In this document: positions 17,179 through 26,644 of the stretch, piece after piece
Position numbering within the stretch: position 1 is the stretch's first letter
Layout: each line of letters opens with the position of its first letter
Virus record (IMG/VR): IMGVR_UViG_3300035338_000022
Location: 1 to 43,327 of that record
DNA length: 43,327 bases
Reading direction: 5' to 3' (one strand)
From: a virus
Taxonomy: Duplodnaviria; Caudoviricetes
Translations under genes and position numbers: made by a program
Notes under the pieces: generated by a model
The model's database searches: none
Told to the model about the DNA's origin: nothing
The model's input: the letters and a program-made list of their open reading frames with translations, nothing else

Positions 17179-17991
17179 TTATGAAACAGTTACGGCTTCG
17201 ATGCTCATCTTGATCGGGATCTCAATGGGCCCGGTAGATCCGACGTTCACTGAGGTCTCGCTAGCGACCATTCCACTGCAGGAGATAGAAACGGTTGTTG
17301 GAGCAGCTATCGGATCTCCTTCCTCATCGTAGAACTGCGCTGAGAATGCCGCCGAGAACGTGAATGGAGTGTCAGTAGGAAGCCACTTCCCCTTTAGAAC
17401 ATCTGCAAACGAAGTCGACGGTGACACAGTGATCGTTCCCTCAAATATGAACGGCCCTTTTGAGAAGTCCTGAGGATCGAGAGAAGCTCCCCTTACCGCT
17501 TCAACTTCTCTGGATGCTGCTATGTCAGACTTGACCACGGTGTTGCTGGACCCGCTGAAGTTTATCGTGGCATCCGACATGACGAAGAAACCTTTGACGT
17601 GGTCAATATCTGCTTCTGTGAGGGCCGTGATGCTGGCCATGTCTTCTCCAACGAAATCAACAGCGTATGTCAGAGGGTTTCTTTCATCGAAAGCAAGTCT
17701 TAACGATTTGACAACAGCGTCGATGAGTTCAATGTCGTGAACCTGTACGTCAAAGACGTTGTCCTTGTTGAGAAGGGCGGCCAGGAGTACTCCATCCGGC
17801 ACGTCTCCGCTCCAGGAGGCCTCGTAGTCATGTGCGTTGATTCTTGCCCTCTTTACGTTGCCTATCCCGGTCCTCTGGAGAGTGCTAGTCTTTATGGCCG
17901 GTTTTGCGTCCGAGACAAGACCGCAGTCATACGTTGTCTCGCCTTTTATGATCCTTGCATATACATCAGCTCCGGTAAGAGCCATGGTCAT
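17179..17991 (-). CDS. Major tail (tube) protein
   Basis: 270-aa acidic beta-rich protein in the canonical position. Confidence 0.7.
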   Translation of the reverse strand: MTMALTGADVYARIIKGETTYDCGLVSDAKPAIKTSTLQRTGIGNVKRARINAHDYEASWSGDVPDGVLLAALLNKDNVFDVQVHDIELIDAVVKSLRLAFDERNPLTYAVDFVGEDMASITALTEADIDHVKGFFVMSDATINFSGSSNTVVKSDIAASREVEAVRGASLDPQDFSKGPFIFEGTITVSPSTSFADVLKGKWLPTDTPFTFSAAFSAQFYDEEGDPIAAPTTVSISCSGMVASETSVNVGSTGPIEIPIKMSIEAVTVS

Positions 17992-17999
17992 TCACTCCT

Positions 18000-18464
18000 T
18001 TACTGTATCCTGAACTTCAGCCTGACACCCACCGCTTTGACCTGGTAGTCAGGCAATTCAGAATAGTCTAGATAGCTTTCGTCTTCAAAAGTACACAGGT
18101 AGTATCTCGTGACGTCGCCGTCGATCACAGGGAACCTTACAGAGCCGCACTTCGCGTGCATGAAGCCGGAAAACCTGAGCTGCTGCCTCTGTATTTCCCA
18201 GTCGAACCATTCGGACTTGAAGAGTGCGGTGATCTCAACGAGGAATTCGCGCAGGTTTCTCACGCCCACTCCTTCCAGAGGCTGAGAACTCGATGGAGAA
18301 ATCACTACAGCGGGAAAGTGATCCCAGACATCGAGCTTCGGAGCGTGACGGACGAATTCTATATGAGGCACCTGCAGCACTTCCTTTAGGCCGTTGTCAA
18401 TCAGAAACTGTTCTAAGGAATCTAGAATCGTCTCTCTAACGTGTATCAGCTGCTCTTCAGTCAT
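18000..18464 (-). CDS. Putative tail terminator or completion protein
   Basis: Position and the FPAVVISP motif. Confidence 0.55.
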   Translation of the reverse strand: MTEEQLIHVRETILDSLEQFLIDNGLKEVLQVPHIEFVRHAPKLDVWDHFPAVVISPSSSQPLEGVGVRNLREFLVEITALFKSEWFDWEIQRQQLRFSGFMHAKCGSVRFPVIDGDVTRYYLCTFEDESYLDYSELPDYQVKAVGVRLKFRIQ

Positions 18465-18913
18465 TTCAGATACCTCCCGAAGAGATCTTCTATGTTTCGC
18501 ATATCTTGTGCTTGCCAGACCATGAAAGGCCTTTCGGGTACTCCGTAACCTTCCTGGTGATAGACGGCGTAGTCAACATTTGTGGCGACTTTCGCGTAGT
18601 CTCTTCCCCACTGAGGATGAATGCTCTGTCTCAGCTTCTTGGTGCGATAGCCTCTTCCACCTCTGGATGAAGGGACATTCACAGAGAATACGAGCATGGG
18701 GTAAGGTGTACCTTTATGCTTGGCCTTGTACCTCTTCGTGCTTTCGGCAAGATCCGGCCACTTGTCAGGTCTCCCGCCTTCTTCAAAGTTTCTCTGGACA
18801 GAGGAGTGCATCACGTTGGCGCTGTCCCTCATCACTGGTGTTAGGTCACCGAGCTTTTTCTGATATTGATTCAAGAGCCTGTCGAGTTCTTCGGTCCTGA
18901 CTTCGATTCGCAT
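18461..18913 (-). CDS. Phage virion morphogenesis protein (Mu gpG / P2 S family)
   Basis: RNFEEGGRPDKWPDLAEST, TNVDYAVYHQEG and PERPFM. Confidence 0.9.
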   Translation of the reverse strand: MRIEVRTEELDRLLNQYQKKLGDLTPVMRDSANVMHSSVQRNFEEGGRPDKWPDLAESTKRYKAKHKGTPYPMLVFSVNVPSSRGGRGYRTKKLRQSIHPQWGRDYAKVATNVDYAVYHQEGYGVPERPFMVWQAQDMRNIEDLFGRYLK

Positions 18914-18916
18914 AGA

Positions 18917-19279
18917 TCACCACTTCTCTATGTCTTCATCTTTGAACAACCGCTGAGCGGTATTCATCGAGAAGCCCGGACCTGGAACTGAAGAAGGCAC
19001 CTGTATATTCAGCCTTCTCTCTGCCTGGACCTGGGCTACAAGCTGAGAATACTGTGCAAAAGTGTTCTGAGCGAGTTCCAGCATTGAAAGCTTCTCATAG
19101 GTTTGGGCTTTTGCATAAAGAATCGCTAGTTTTTCCTTGACCTTGTCAGATGCCTCGATAGAAGAAGAAAGGGTCTCCCCTCCAGAGAGGAAACCCTCGA
19201 CCGCTTCTAAGACATCATCGACTATCTTTGCCCTTATACTTTCGGGAAAGCTTAGGACAAAAGCATCAACGTCGATCAT
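18917..19279 (-). CDS. Putative head-tail adaptor
   Basis: 120-aa helical protein right after the capsid gene; position only. Confidence 0.55.
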   Translation of the reverse strand: MIDVDAFVLSFPESIRAKIVDDVLEAVEGFLSGGETLSSSIEASDKVKEKLAILYAKAQTYEKLSMLELAQNTFAQYSQLVAQVQAERRLNIQVPSSVPGPGFSMNTAQRLFKDEDIEKW

Positions 19280-19292
19280 AAGGCATCAGCCC

Positions 19293-20309
19293 TTAGGCCA
19301 CTGTAATTGCAGCTTTTATGACACCCTTTGAATGAAGTATCACAGGGAGGCCATGGCTCTCGGCGAAGACTCTCTTCCCTCCGGGATTCACGATGTTCTC
19401 CGAGTAAGCGTAGATCTCTCCCAGGACCGGCCCGTTCTCGCTGAATGAAGCGGCGTAGAAGGGCTTGAAGAGTTCTGGAGAGGTGAGAATGCAGAGATCA
19501 TCGTCTCCGTGGAGATCGACTTCTGAACCGGCTTCATTCACTATGGTTTCATTGAACTCATAGATGTTCAGGCCCTGGATGTTCCCTATGAACGGGAAGT
19601 CATAGGTAAGATTTCCTGCTTCGATCCTTCTGTTGTCCATAAGTTTCTCGAGAGCAGAATTCTCTATGAGAACCTTGGCAACGTCGGGTGTGACGAATGC
19701 AAGTGTAGGCATGACTCCCGTCTCTTTTGCCATCTCGACTCTCCATTCTCTGAGATCCGTGAGAGGAGCCTTCGAAGTCGAATCTGACCAGTCGGAAGAT
19801 TCTCCCATGAAGCCCGAGTCCATCTTGAAGTCGTAATCGAACTTCGTATCGGTTCCCGAATAGGTGACCTTTCCCGTCAAGAGGATCTGGGCGAGCATCC
19901 ACTCCCAGGCTGCAGTTATAGACTCTCTCTGCTCCTTCTGAGTGTCTGCTATCCAGTTGCTGAGATGATCCATCTGGACCTGGGTGAGCGGTTCTCCAGC
20001 ATCCCTCATAGTCCAGATCTCGTCGTAGGTTATGTCGTCGTAGAACTTCACCGTGGGTGGCTCAAGTGTCACGTGGGTGTAGTTCTTGAGGTTTCTGGCC
20101 GGCGCCGGGCTCGTCCTCTTCACGAATCTCGGAAGGATCGGACCCACTCTCTTGATATCGAACTCAATGGTCTTCGTCGCGGCGTACTTGGCCGGATTTG
20201 ACCTCGAGCTCTTGAGGAGCAGGTCCACAAGAAGCCTCGGGACCGGTTTAATCTGTTTTATGGCTTCGGTCAATGTCCTGTAGTGAAAGACATCTAGTAT
20301 AGTTGCCAT
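19293..20309 (-). CDS. Major capsid protein (lambda E-like family)
   Basis: TKTIEFDIK, EWMLAQILLTGKV, PLTDL and ESHGLPV; ATG 20309 behind GGAGTG. Confidence 0.88.
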   Translation of the reverse strand: MATILDVFHYRTLTEAIKQIKPVPRLLVDLLLKSSRSNPAKYAATKTIEFDIKRVGPILPRFVKRTSPAPARNLKNYTHVTLEPPTVKFYDDITYDEIWTMRDAGEPLTQVQMDHLSNWIADTQKEQRESITAAWEWMLAQILLTGKVTYSGTDTKFDYDFKMDSGFMGESSDWSDSTSKAPLTDLREWRVEMAKETGVMPTLAFVTPDVAKVLIENSALEKLMDNRRIEAGNLTYDFPFIGNIQGLNIYEFNETIVNEAGSEVDLHGDDDLCILTSPELFKPFYAASFSENGPVLGEIYAYSENIVNPGGKRVFAESHGLPVILHSKGVIKAAITVA

Positions 20310-20324
20310 TCTGTTCACTCCTTA

Positions 20325-20900
20325 TTAGTATGATTCGATGAACCAGAGCCTGGCGAAAAGCTCACTCTTCGCGCTGGCTAGCTGTGTCGCGAGAAGAAGG
20401 TTGGTGATCGCTTCCTCGTACACGGCTCCGTGGATTAGCAGGGAGACTGGCTGGGTGGCGCTAGCGACATTGATCGGCTCGACCGAAACCGCGAAGGCCT
20501 CATCAGAACCGTCCTGGACAATCACTTCGTCGTTCTCGGTCGCTGTCAAAGCGTCCTCAGTGGCGATTGAGAAGGTGTTGTTCTCCGTATCGACCGCGGT
20601 GATAGTCAAAGCATCACCATCGGCCGTGATCTTTATCGAGTCTCCCACTTTGAGCACAGAAGCGTCCGCCACTTGAAAAGTGCTGGCTGCCTCTGCTTCG
20701 GTCTGAGTTATGTAGGTAAGACCCAGAGGCCTTACTTTTCCCGCGTCTTCCCCGCTGGTTATCTTTCCAAAGATAGTCCCCGCTTCGATCTTCGATCCGC
20801 CGACTCCGCCCAAGACATTGAAGCTCTGTCTGACATCGGGATGAACCAGAGAGACTACCTTTTTGAAACTGCTGTCCTGATAACTTATCCCTTCAGGCAT
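20325..20900 (-). CDS. Head decoration protein with an inserted beta domain
   Basis: IEAGTIFGKITSG...LIHGAVYEEAI resembles lambda D-like proteins; lies between protease and capsid genes. Confidence 0.7.
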   Translation of the reverse strand: MPEGISYQDSSFKKVVSLVHPDVRQSFNVLGGVGGSKIEAGTIFGKITSGEDAGKVRPLGLTYITQTEAEAASTFQVADASVLKVGDSIKITADGDALTITAVDTENNTFSIATEDALTATENDEVIVQDGSDEAFAVSVEPINVASATQPVSLLIHGAVYEEAITNLLLATQLASAKSELFARLWFIESY

Positions 20901-20916
20901 TCCTTTTCACTCCCTT

Positions 20917-21807
20917 TTACGATTGTTTGTTCACTCTGCCGGCTATTCCGTCGGCAATTTTCTTGAGCTCGTCTTCACCGCCAGTTTGCGAACCGCTCTG
21001 GCCAAGCGGGACTTTCTCAGTGTTCTCGAGAATGTCATCGAAGAACTTCATGTCCTCTTCTTTCTTGAGTTGCGGTTTGATCTTCTCGAGGACGGCCGGC
21101 TTGACTCCCTTGTCGGTCCAGCCCTTTGCCCAGTTGCTTACTTTCTCAGAGAAGTGCTTCTCTTCGGCTTCCTTCTTCTCTTTCTCAAGGGCCTCGAGCT
21201 TTGTCTTGGTTTCCGAGAGTTCCTTGTTCACCGAAGCGAGGGTTTCTGAGAGTTCCTTCTCTTTCTTGTCCCTTTCTGCTCGAAGATCTGTAAGTTCCTT
21301 CTGGGACTTTTCATAGAGATCTTTGAAGTCCATTTCTTCTTCCTCCTCTTTCTCAAATTCTGAAAAGTAGACTATCTGCTCCATATCCGGTACCGCCGGC
21401 ATGTTAGTGAGGGCAGCTCCCCTGAGGACCGGCCCCGCGTCTTTACCCGTCTTCTTGTCCATGTATTTCTCAGCGTAAGTTGCGCTCATGTATTTGAACT
21501 TCTTTCGCTTTATTAGCTCCACACCCTCTTCGTCCGGTTCTGAGTAGACCCAGAGGCCGTCCTCTCTGGCCTCCACCTTAGAGATCTTTCCATAAGCACC
21601 CGGATGGTTCGGACTTTTCCCGTGTTCTATGTCCAGTGAGAGCTCATACGCCGGGATCCCGTTCTTGAAGTTTGCCTCGATCTTCTGAGCCAGTTCTTTC
21701 GAGAGTGAGACCTTTCCGTATCTGGGATCCTCGAATTCTATGTATGGCAGGAGGCGATACCAGAAGCCGCCAGTCTTAGCGATTTCTGCAAGATATTTCT
21801 CTATCAT
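20917..21807 (-). CDS. Prohead protease/scaffold (Mu gpI-like)
   Basis: LDIEH, AYGKI, FKYMSA and GAALTNMPAV, then a coiled-coil scaffold; ATG 21807 behind GAGGTG. Confidence 0.88.
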   Translation of the reverse strand: MIEKYLAEIAKTGGFWYRLLPYIEFEDPRYGKVSLSKELAQKIEANFKNGIPAYELSLDIEHGKSPNHPGAYGKISKVEAREDGLWVYSEPDEEGVELIKRKKFKYMSATYAEKYMDKKTGKDAGPVLRGAALTNMPAVPDMEQIVYFSEFEKEEEEEMDFKDLYEKSQKELTDLRAERDKKEKELSETLASVNKELSETKTKLEALEKEKKEAEEKHFSEKVSNWAKGWTDKGVKPAVLEKIKPQLKKEEDMKFFDDILENTEKVPLGQSGSQTGGEDELKKIADGIAGRVNKQS

Positions 21808-21817
21808 TCTTTTCACC

Positions 21818-21973
21818 TCAACAGATTAGGTAGTTGCTGTTCAGCCACTTGAAGGCCTGCGTGATCGTCGGGAAGCCGAACGGGACAATGAGGAGATCTG
21901 AATTCTTAAGTCTTTCTTTGTCAATGATTTGGAAGTAACCCTTATCTTGTTCATCGTCGATAATCACATACAT
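21818..21973 (-). CDS. Small hypothetical protein (51 aa, absent from the ORF track)
   Basis: GGAGG-6nt-ATG; MYVIIDDEQDKGYFQIIDK...WLNSNYLIC; stop overlaps the protease RBS. Confidence 0.65.
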   Translation of the reverse strand: MYVIIDDEQDKGYFQIIDKERLKNSDLLIVPFGFPTITQAFKWLNSNYLIC

Positions 21974-21984
21974 CACTAGCCTCC

Positions 21985-22010
21985 AAAAGAAAAGGAGGCT
22001 TTCGCCTCCT
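21985..22010 (-). terminator. Rho-independent terminator inside the head operon
   Basis: AGGAGGC-GAAA-GCCTCCT followed by TTTCTTTT. Confidence 0.8.
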
Positions 22011-22031
22011 GAGCATTGTCTTCTTCACATT

Positions 22032-22205
22032 CTAGTCTTTGTGCGGAGATTGTGACATCTTTATCATCTCAATAGTCGCCTTGAATTCTCTCTTTGCTCT
22101 TGCCGGTGCCCCCTCTTTGAGAGACCAACCGTCTTCACCCTTCATGAGCTTTTCTTCATCGATCACAACCCATTCATCCCACCAATCGGGTATTTGAAAC
22201 TGCAC
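22032..22205 (-). CDS. Small protein, candidate immunity partner of the MuF C-terminal domain
   Basis: 57 aa; GTG overlaps the MuF TAG stop; followed by a terminator. Confidence 0.6.
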   Translation of the reverse strand: MQFQIPDWWDEWVVIDEEKLMKGEDGWSLKEGAPARAKREFKATIEMIKMSQSPHKD

Positions 22206-23791
22206 TATAACACCCCCTTCAACCATTCGCCGAATAACACGAAGACCTCTTCCTTTCTCCCGGTAGTATATCCCGCGAAGAGCTCTGCGAAAGCTTCATC
22301 ATGTCCACAATCTCTGGCATATCTCGATACGTCTCCAAGAGTGATTCCCTTCTCTTCTCTCATTCTCGTGACCCATGAAGTGAACTCTCTCTTCTTTCCC
22401 GCGTCATCCAGGAAGTACTTCACCTTGTGTCCAAACTCATGAGCTATGGAACCCCTGGGCGTATTAGTGCACAGCCACCCTTTTTCAAACTGGTCCCGCA
22501 ATGTCTCCTGAAACTCACTCGCGTTCTTCCAGAAGGAGCTTTTGACAACGATCTTCTTGAACCCCGGAGCGGTGTAAGCGATCACATTGGGCTTGACCGA
22601 TCTCAGCTGTCTGCCTACCACGTCCGCTATCTGCGATGGAGAAGCGTCAGGGTACTTACTCTGAAAGAACTCCGTCCACGACGCTCTTGAATGTTGAGTT
22701 GAGGTGACTCCTCCGAACTGCTCCCAGATCTGCGGGTACTTTTCCTTCAGTTCTTCGAGGACCTCGTTTATTTTTTCGGCAAGGCTCTCGTCTATTCCCC
22801 GGTAATCACATTCTACCTCCAGGACCTGTCTTGCATATTCTTCAGGAGAGAGCTCCTTGGCCTTCTCCACGATCCTCTTGATGTCTTCGGTGACCAGGAA
22901 GGTGGGAGTCATCTTTCTACTGCTTATAAGGGCTTTGACAACGTCTCTGTCAACCTGTCTGTTTACAGGAATCGCTTCGGGATACTCGTTATGTATCCTT
23001 TCCATCTCTTCTCTTGTGAGCGCCTTCCTCTTAGGATCGTAGATCGTGTGAGGAACAAGGGTGCTTCTGCAGCGAGGGTGAAGCGGCGGAGTGTTTTCCG
23101 CCAGGAGATCCGCGTCGTCTTTGGGAATGACCATGTGATCTCTCTGCGAGCAGATCTCTGTAGTATGGTTGTCCATTACTGCGATAAACTGAAAGCCGTC
23201 TGTTACGGGTGATTCGATTCCCGCGTCCAGTATCCCCAGGGAAAATGCCCTTGTACTCTCGGTTGTTGCGATTACGTCGGCCCTGTTCAAGTAGCCGCCC
23301 ATAACCTTCTCAAGGTCCTCCGCTATATCGAGATAGGCCTTACCCTCGTACATCCCACTTCGGACCGTCTCTTCGATCTCCCTGGAGTGTCTTTCAAAAG
23401 GCTCTGAGAGGGTGAACGTGTATTCTTTCAAGAACTCGTTGACAAAAGGTGAAGGCTTCAAATATGACAGAGGATCTTCTCTTATCTCCCTAACCGGTCG
23501 CTTCGCTATGTTCTCATATTCTCTGAAGTCTATCGCTTTCAAGATATCCGAAAGAAGGTCGTCTTCGCTGTATTGCCTGATGTTTCTTTTCCTCTTTTCT
23601 CTCCGCTTCAAGTCATATATGGACAAGGCCTTTGACAGAAGAAATACGGCTTCTAGGGCATTCATGATCGCCGTGTGGTCTATTGAGATCTTCTTTCCCC
23701 TGTACGCTTCTTTTCCAGAAGGGATGCTGATCGCTCTCAAGATCCTGCTCTCGGCCTTCTTGTGAATCTTGAGAAATGTAGCGACGTTCAT
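22205..23791 (-). CDS. MuF (Mu gpF / SPP1 gp7) head morphogenesis protein with C-terminal HExxH metallopeptidase-like domain
   Basis: IATTESTRA, AVMDNHTTEIC and PPLHPRCRS; C-terminal HEFGH...SRYA...EAFAELF. Confidence 0.88.
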   Translation of the reverse strand: MNVATFLKIHKKAESRILRAISIPSGKEAYRGKKISIDHTAIMNALEAVFLLSKALSIYDLKRREKRKRNIRQYSEDDLLSDILKAIDFREYENIAKRPVREIREDPLSYLKPSPFVNEFLKEYTFTLSEPFERHSREIEETVRSGMYEGKAYLDIAEDLEKVMGGYLNRADVIATTESTRAFSLGILDAGIESPVTDGFQFIAVMDNHTTEICSQRDHMVIPKDDADLLAENTPPLHPRCRSTLVPHTIYDPKRKALTREEMERIHNEYPEAIPVNRQVDRDVVKALISSRKMTPTFLVTEDIKRIVEKAKELSPEEYARQVLEVECDYRGIDESLAEKINEVLEELKEKYPQIWEQFGGVTSTQHSRASWTEFFQSKYPDASPSQIADVVGRQLRSVKPNVIAYTAPGFKKIVVKSSFWKNASEFQETLRDQFEKGWLCTNTPRGSIAHEFGHKVKYFLDDAGKKREFTSWVTRMREEKGITLGDVSRYARDCGHDEAFAELFAGYTTGRKEEVFVLFGEWLKGVL

Positions 23792-23793
23792 GG

Positions 23794-24957
23794 TTATTCC
23801 TCTTCAGGCATACCAAGAAGCGCTCTTGCCCACCTTCTGTCAGCGTCTGAAAGGTTGTCCATTATCCCGGCCCGGCCTATCGTCTCAACGAACACCGCCA
23901 GAGCCTTTCTCTCTTCAAGTGTTTGCTCACGAATGATGGCCAGCTCCCCGTAACTCTCAACAGAGGGGAAGTTGTAGTCAATCAGCTTGGCAATAACGTG
24001 ATCCAGGAAGGAGTCGGAGATCACCTCTGCCATTGACTGTGTAGAGCTCTGGACCATGTCGATATGCACCTTCCCCAGGGCGTAAGCTCCTCCGTATTCG
24101 TTGGTGAGAAGGAGTTGCGGTAACCCTAGATTACGGTAGATGAGAGTGTTTGCATACTCAATCGCGGCCCTGAACTGGTCGGACAGGTCCTTCGAGTTCG
24201 CCTCGAGCAAGGCTATTTCGGTGTTCTTGTCGGTCGAGACGGCCGTCTTTGAATAGAAGTTGCTCAAGATCTCGTTCAGCGCTTCAACCGAAGTTGTCGG
24301 GTTTCCGTTGGCGTCTACCATTGAGACGTTCTCAGTCTTTCCGTGGATGATGGGAAGGGCGTACTTGTCCAGTCCGATCGCCCAGATCTTGAACAGCTTT
24401 CTTTTGAAGTCCCAGGCGCGATAGCAGGTGTTGAGAATCGACTCGCCATAGAGGCCTTCGCCATTTCTGATGACAAACATCTTCGACATAGGGATCTGGA
24501 ACTCGCCTTTGGAAGTCGTAAGCTTCACGTATTCTGGCGCCTCTTCCGGGTAGAATGACATCTGACTTGGCGCGTAAGGCACAATCTTTTCAATCCACAG
24601 CTTTCCGTCCGAACTCTGCCAGACGATCTCGGCGCCTGCCCAACCGTAGGCTAGCATGTCCTCGAGCATCTTCTTCAAGAAAGTCGGGAGCGAGATCTCG
24701 AGATTTTCGATCACGCCGCTGACGAACTGCGCGACATCGCTGTCAGGATTTGAGTAGCTTCCTATCTTTGAGATCGTCGAACTCGAGATGAATCTAAGGC
24801 CAGCCGCTATCGTCTCGTCTCTTTTCATGTCTGTAATCGTCTGAGAGTTGAGCGATTGACCTGTCGATCCAGATGAGGAAGTGTCCACGATTCCCACCTG
24901 TCCCATAACGGGCTTGGGTTCGCTCTTCTTGCTGAATATGTTGAAAATGCCCATCAT
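23794..24957 (-). CDS. Portal protein (Mu gp29 / DUF935-like)
   Basis: YGWAGAEIVW, LYGESIL, DKYALP and GGAYALGKVH; start reassigned to ATG 24957 behind GAGGTG. Confidence 0.88.
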   Translation of the reverse strand: MMGIFNIFSKKSEPKPVMGQVGIVDTSSSGSTGQSLNSQTITDMKRDETIAAGLRFISSSTISKIGSYSNPDSDVAQFVSGVIENLEISLPTFLKKMLEDMLAYGWAGAEIVWQSSDGKLWIEKIVPYAPSQMSFYPEEAPEYVKLTTSKGEFQIPMSKMFVIRNGEGLYGESILNTCYRAWDFKRKLFKIWAIGLDKYALPIIHGKTENVSMVDANGNPTTSVEALNEILSNFYSKTAVSTDKNTEIALLEANSKDLSDQFRAAIEYANTLIYRNLGLPQLLLTNEYGGAYALGKVHIDMVQSSTQSMAEVISDSFLDHVIAKLIDYNFPSVESYGELAIIREQTLEERKALAVFVETIGRAGIMDNLSDADRRWARALLGMPEEE

Positions 24958-24964
24958 TACCACC

Positions 24965-26212
24965 TCAGTATTTATCTGACCTCGTGAAGAAGACCGGCTT
25001 GCTGAAAAGACTGTGCAGACCCCAGGCAGCGAGGGCAAGTGAAATGACACAGTCGTCATGGTAGCCTTCGGGCGCGCTCATCTTGAGGTTTCTCGAAGGT
25101 GTTATCTGGTACTCGAAGATCTCGAGCTCGTTAATAAGTTCGGGAATGTCTTCATAGTGGAGCTTCCCCTGTTCTATTAGCATTGATAGGTTGTTTATAA
25201 GCTGCTCTTTCGATGAGGCCGTGAACCTGAATCCTTCTACGTTCAGGCCGTCCCTTCTAAGCTCGTCATAGATGGGATCCCCCACTCCTGTGCTGTCAAG
25301 CACGACCTTCCCCGGGTACCGCTTGCTTATGTATCTGATCCTCTCTTTCTGGAGGTTCCAGTCTATCTGGTTGAACCTGGCAAAGTAGACGAGATCTCCT
25401 CTCTCGTCCAGGACGGTAATTACGGTGAAGTCCATGTATTTGGCAAGGTCCACGCCGATGAAGAACCTCTCCCCTGGCTTGGGATCTCTGAGCGTTCCTC
25501 GAATTAGTCTCCTCACGTTCCTAAACACACCGCCGGTGTCTTCAAGAAACTCTGCAAGATATTCCTGCCTGAATGCCCTGTCAGGAAGCGTCATTCTCGC
25601 TTCTTCAATCTCTTCCGGTGCAATATGAGGGTTGTCCGATGTGGGATGCTGCCATGACTTATATAGAGGGAATTGAGGGTCTTTACCCCTGGTCCATAAC
25701 CTGTAGAACCAGTTCCGGCCTTTGGGAGTGGAGATGATTATCGCCTTGCCTTGTCTGTCTGTCAGTGTCGGTCTCAGATTCTCGTCCCATATGACTTCTT
25801 TTATCCTGGCCGCTTCGTCTATTATTAGTAGATCCAAACCTTCACCTATGAGTGAATCTGGGTTATCGGCGGACTTCCCGAGTATCTCCGTTCCCCAGTT
25901 CGTGAGGATCCGCATCTCGGACTTCGAGTCTGTACAGTGTCCGTCAGGGTGCCAGATCCTTCTCCTGGGTCTCACGTAACGATAGATCTCTCTGAAGACT
26001 TTCCTTGAGAGGTCGTAAGTCGGTCCCACGACCCAGACTCTCTTCTTCTCCCTGAAAAGATAGTTGATAGCTTCCACAGCTGCGTATAACGACTTCCCCC
26101 AGCGCCTTCCGTTGCATAAGATCTTAAATCTCGCCTCTGACATGAAGGCCTCTTCTTGGCCACCGTTGTGAGGCACAAACCCGATGTCAGAGAGGAACTT
26201 CTCTTTCTTCAT
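24965..26212 (-). CDS. terL: Terminase large subunit
   Basis: GRRWGKS Walker A, LLIIDEAA Walker B, ISTPKG, IGVDLA and HDDCVISLALA. Confidence 0.96.
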   Translation of the reverse strand: MKKEKFLSDIGFVPHNGGQEEAFMSEARFKILCNGRRWGKSLYAAVEAINYLFREKKRVWVVGPTYDLSRKVFREIYRYVRPRRRIWHPDGHCTDSKSEMRILTNWGTEILGKSADNPDSLIGEGLDLLIIDEAARIKEVIWDENLRPTLTDRQGKAIIISTPKGRNWFYRLWTRGKDPQFPLYKSWQHPTSDNPHIAPEEIEEARMTLPDRAFRQEYLAEFLEDTGGVFRNVRRLIRGTLRDPKPGERFFIGVDLAKYMDFTVITVLDERGDLVYFARFNQIDWNLQKERIRYISKRYPGKVVLDSTGVGDPIYDELRRDGLNVEGFRFTASSKEQLINNLSMLIEQGKLHYEDIPELINELEIFEYQITPSRNLKMSAPEGYHDDCVISLALAAWGLHSLFSKPVFFTRSDKY

Positions 26213-26628
26213 ATCCCCCAGCGCTCTTTGAGAGCTTTCAGGAAGTCTTCTGTGCTGTTCTCGCCGGCGCCGGAGTTCTTCAGCTTCATTTCTATTCCCC
26301 TGAGAAGGCTGTCATATATCCTCAGTCTCTCCCTTTTCGATAGTGACTTGTCCCTGAACCACTTTGAGAGCTCGCTGTTCATCTCGTCTACCAGTTGAAG
26401 GTCGTTCGGGAGAGTCTTCTGCATATGTTCCTGGACTATCGCCCTTGAAGTCTCGGCTCTCTCTTCCCTTACAGACTTCAGAAAGGATGCTATTGCTCCA
26501 TATGATACATCTAGGTTCTTTTCCTCAGCTATCTTTTCTGAGATTTCCCTGGATGACATACCCTGGCGAGACCAGTCGAGCACTTCTTTCTCAAGTTTGT
26601 ATTGTTCAACCTTGTTAGGTCTAGGCAT
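26209..26628 (-). CDS. terS: Terminase small subunit
   Basis: N-terminal HTH (GMSSREISEKI); ATGA-coupled to terL. Confidence 0.75.
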   Translation of the reverse strand: MPRPNKVEQYKLEKEVLDWSRQGMSSREISEKIAEEKNLDVSYGAIASFLKSVREERAETSRAIVQEHMQKTLPNDLQLVDEMNSELSKWFRDKSLSKRERLRIYDSLLRGIEMKLKNSGAGENSTEDFLKALKERWGI

Positions 26629-26644
26629 GTCATCACCTCCAGTT

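Noticed and set aside
17179-25059. Transposable Mu-like phage
   Set aside because: No MuA/MuB transposase genes; replication and recombination genes are lambdoid in type.
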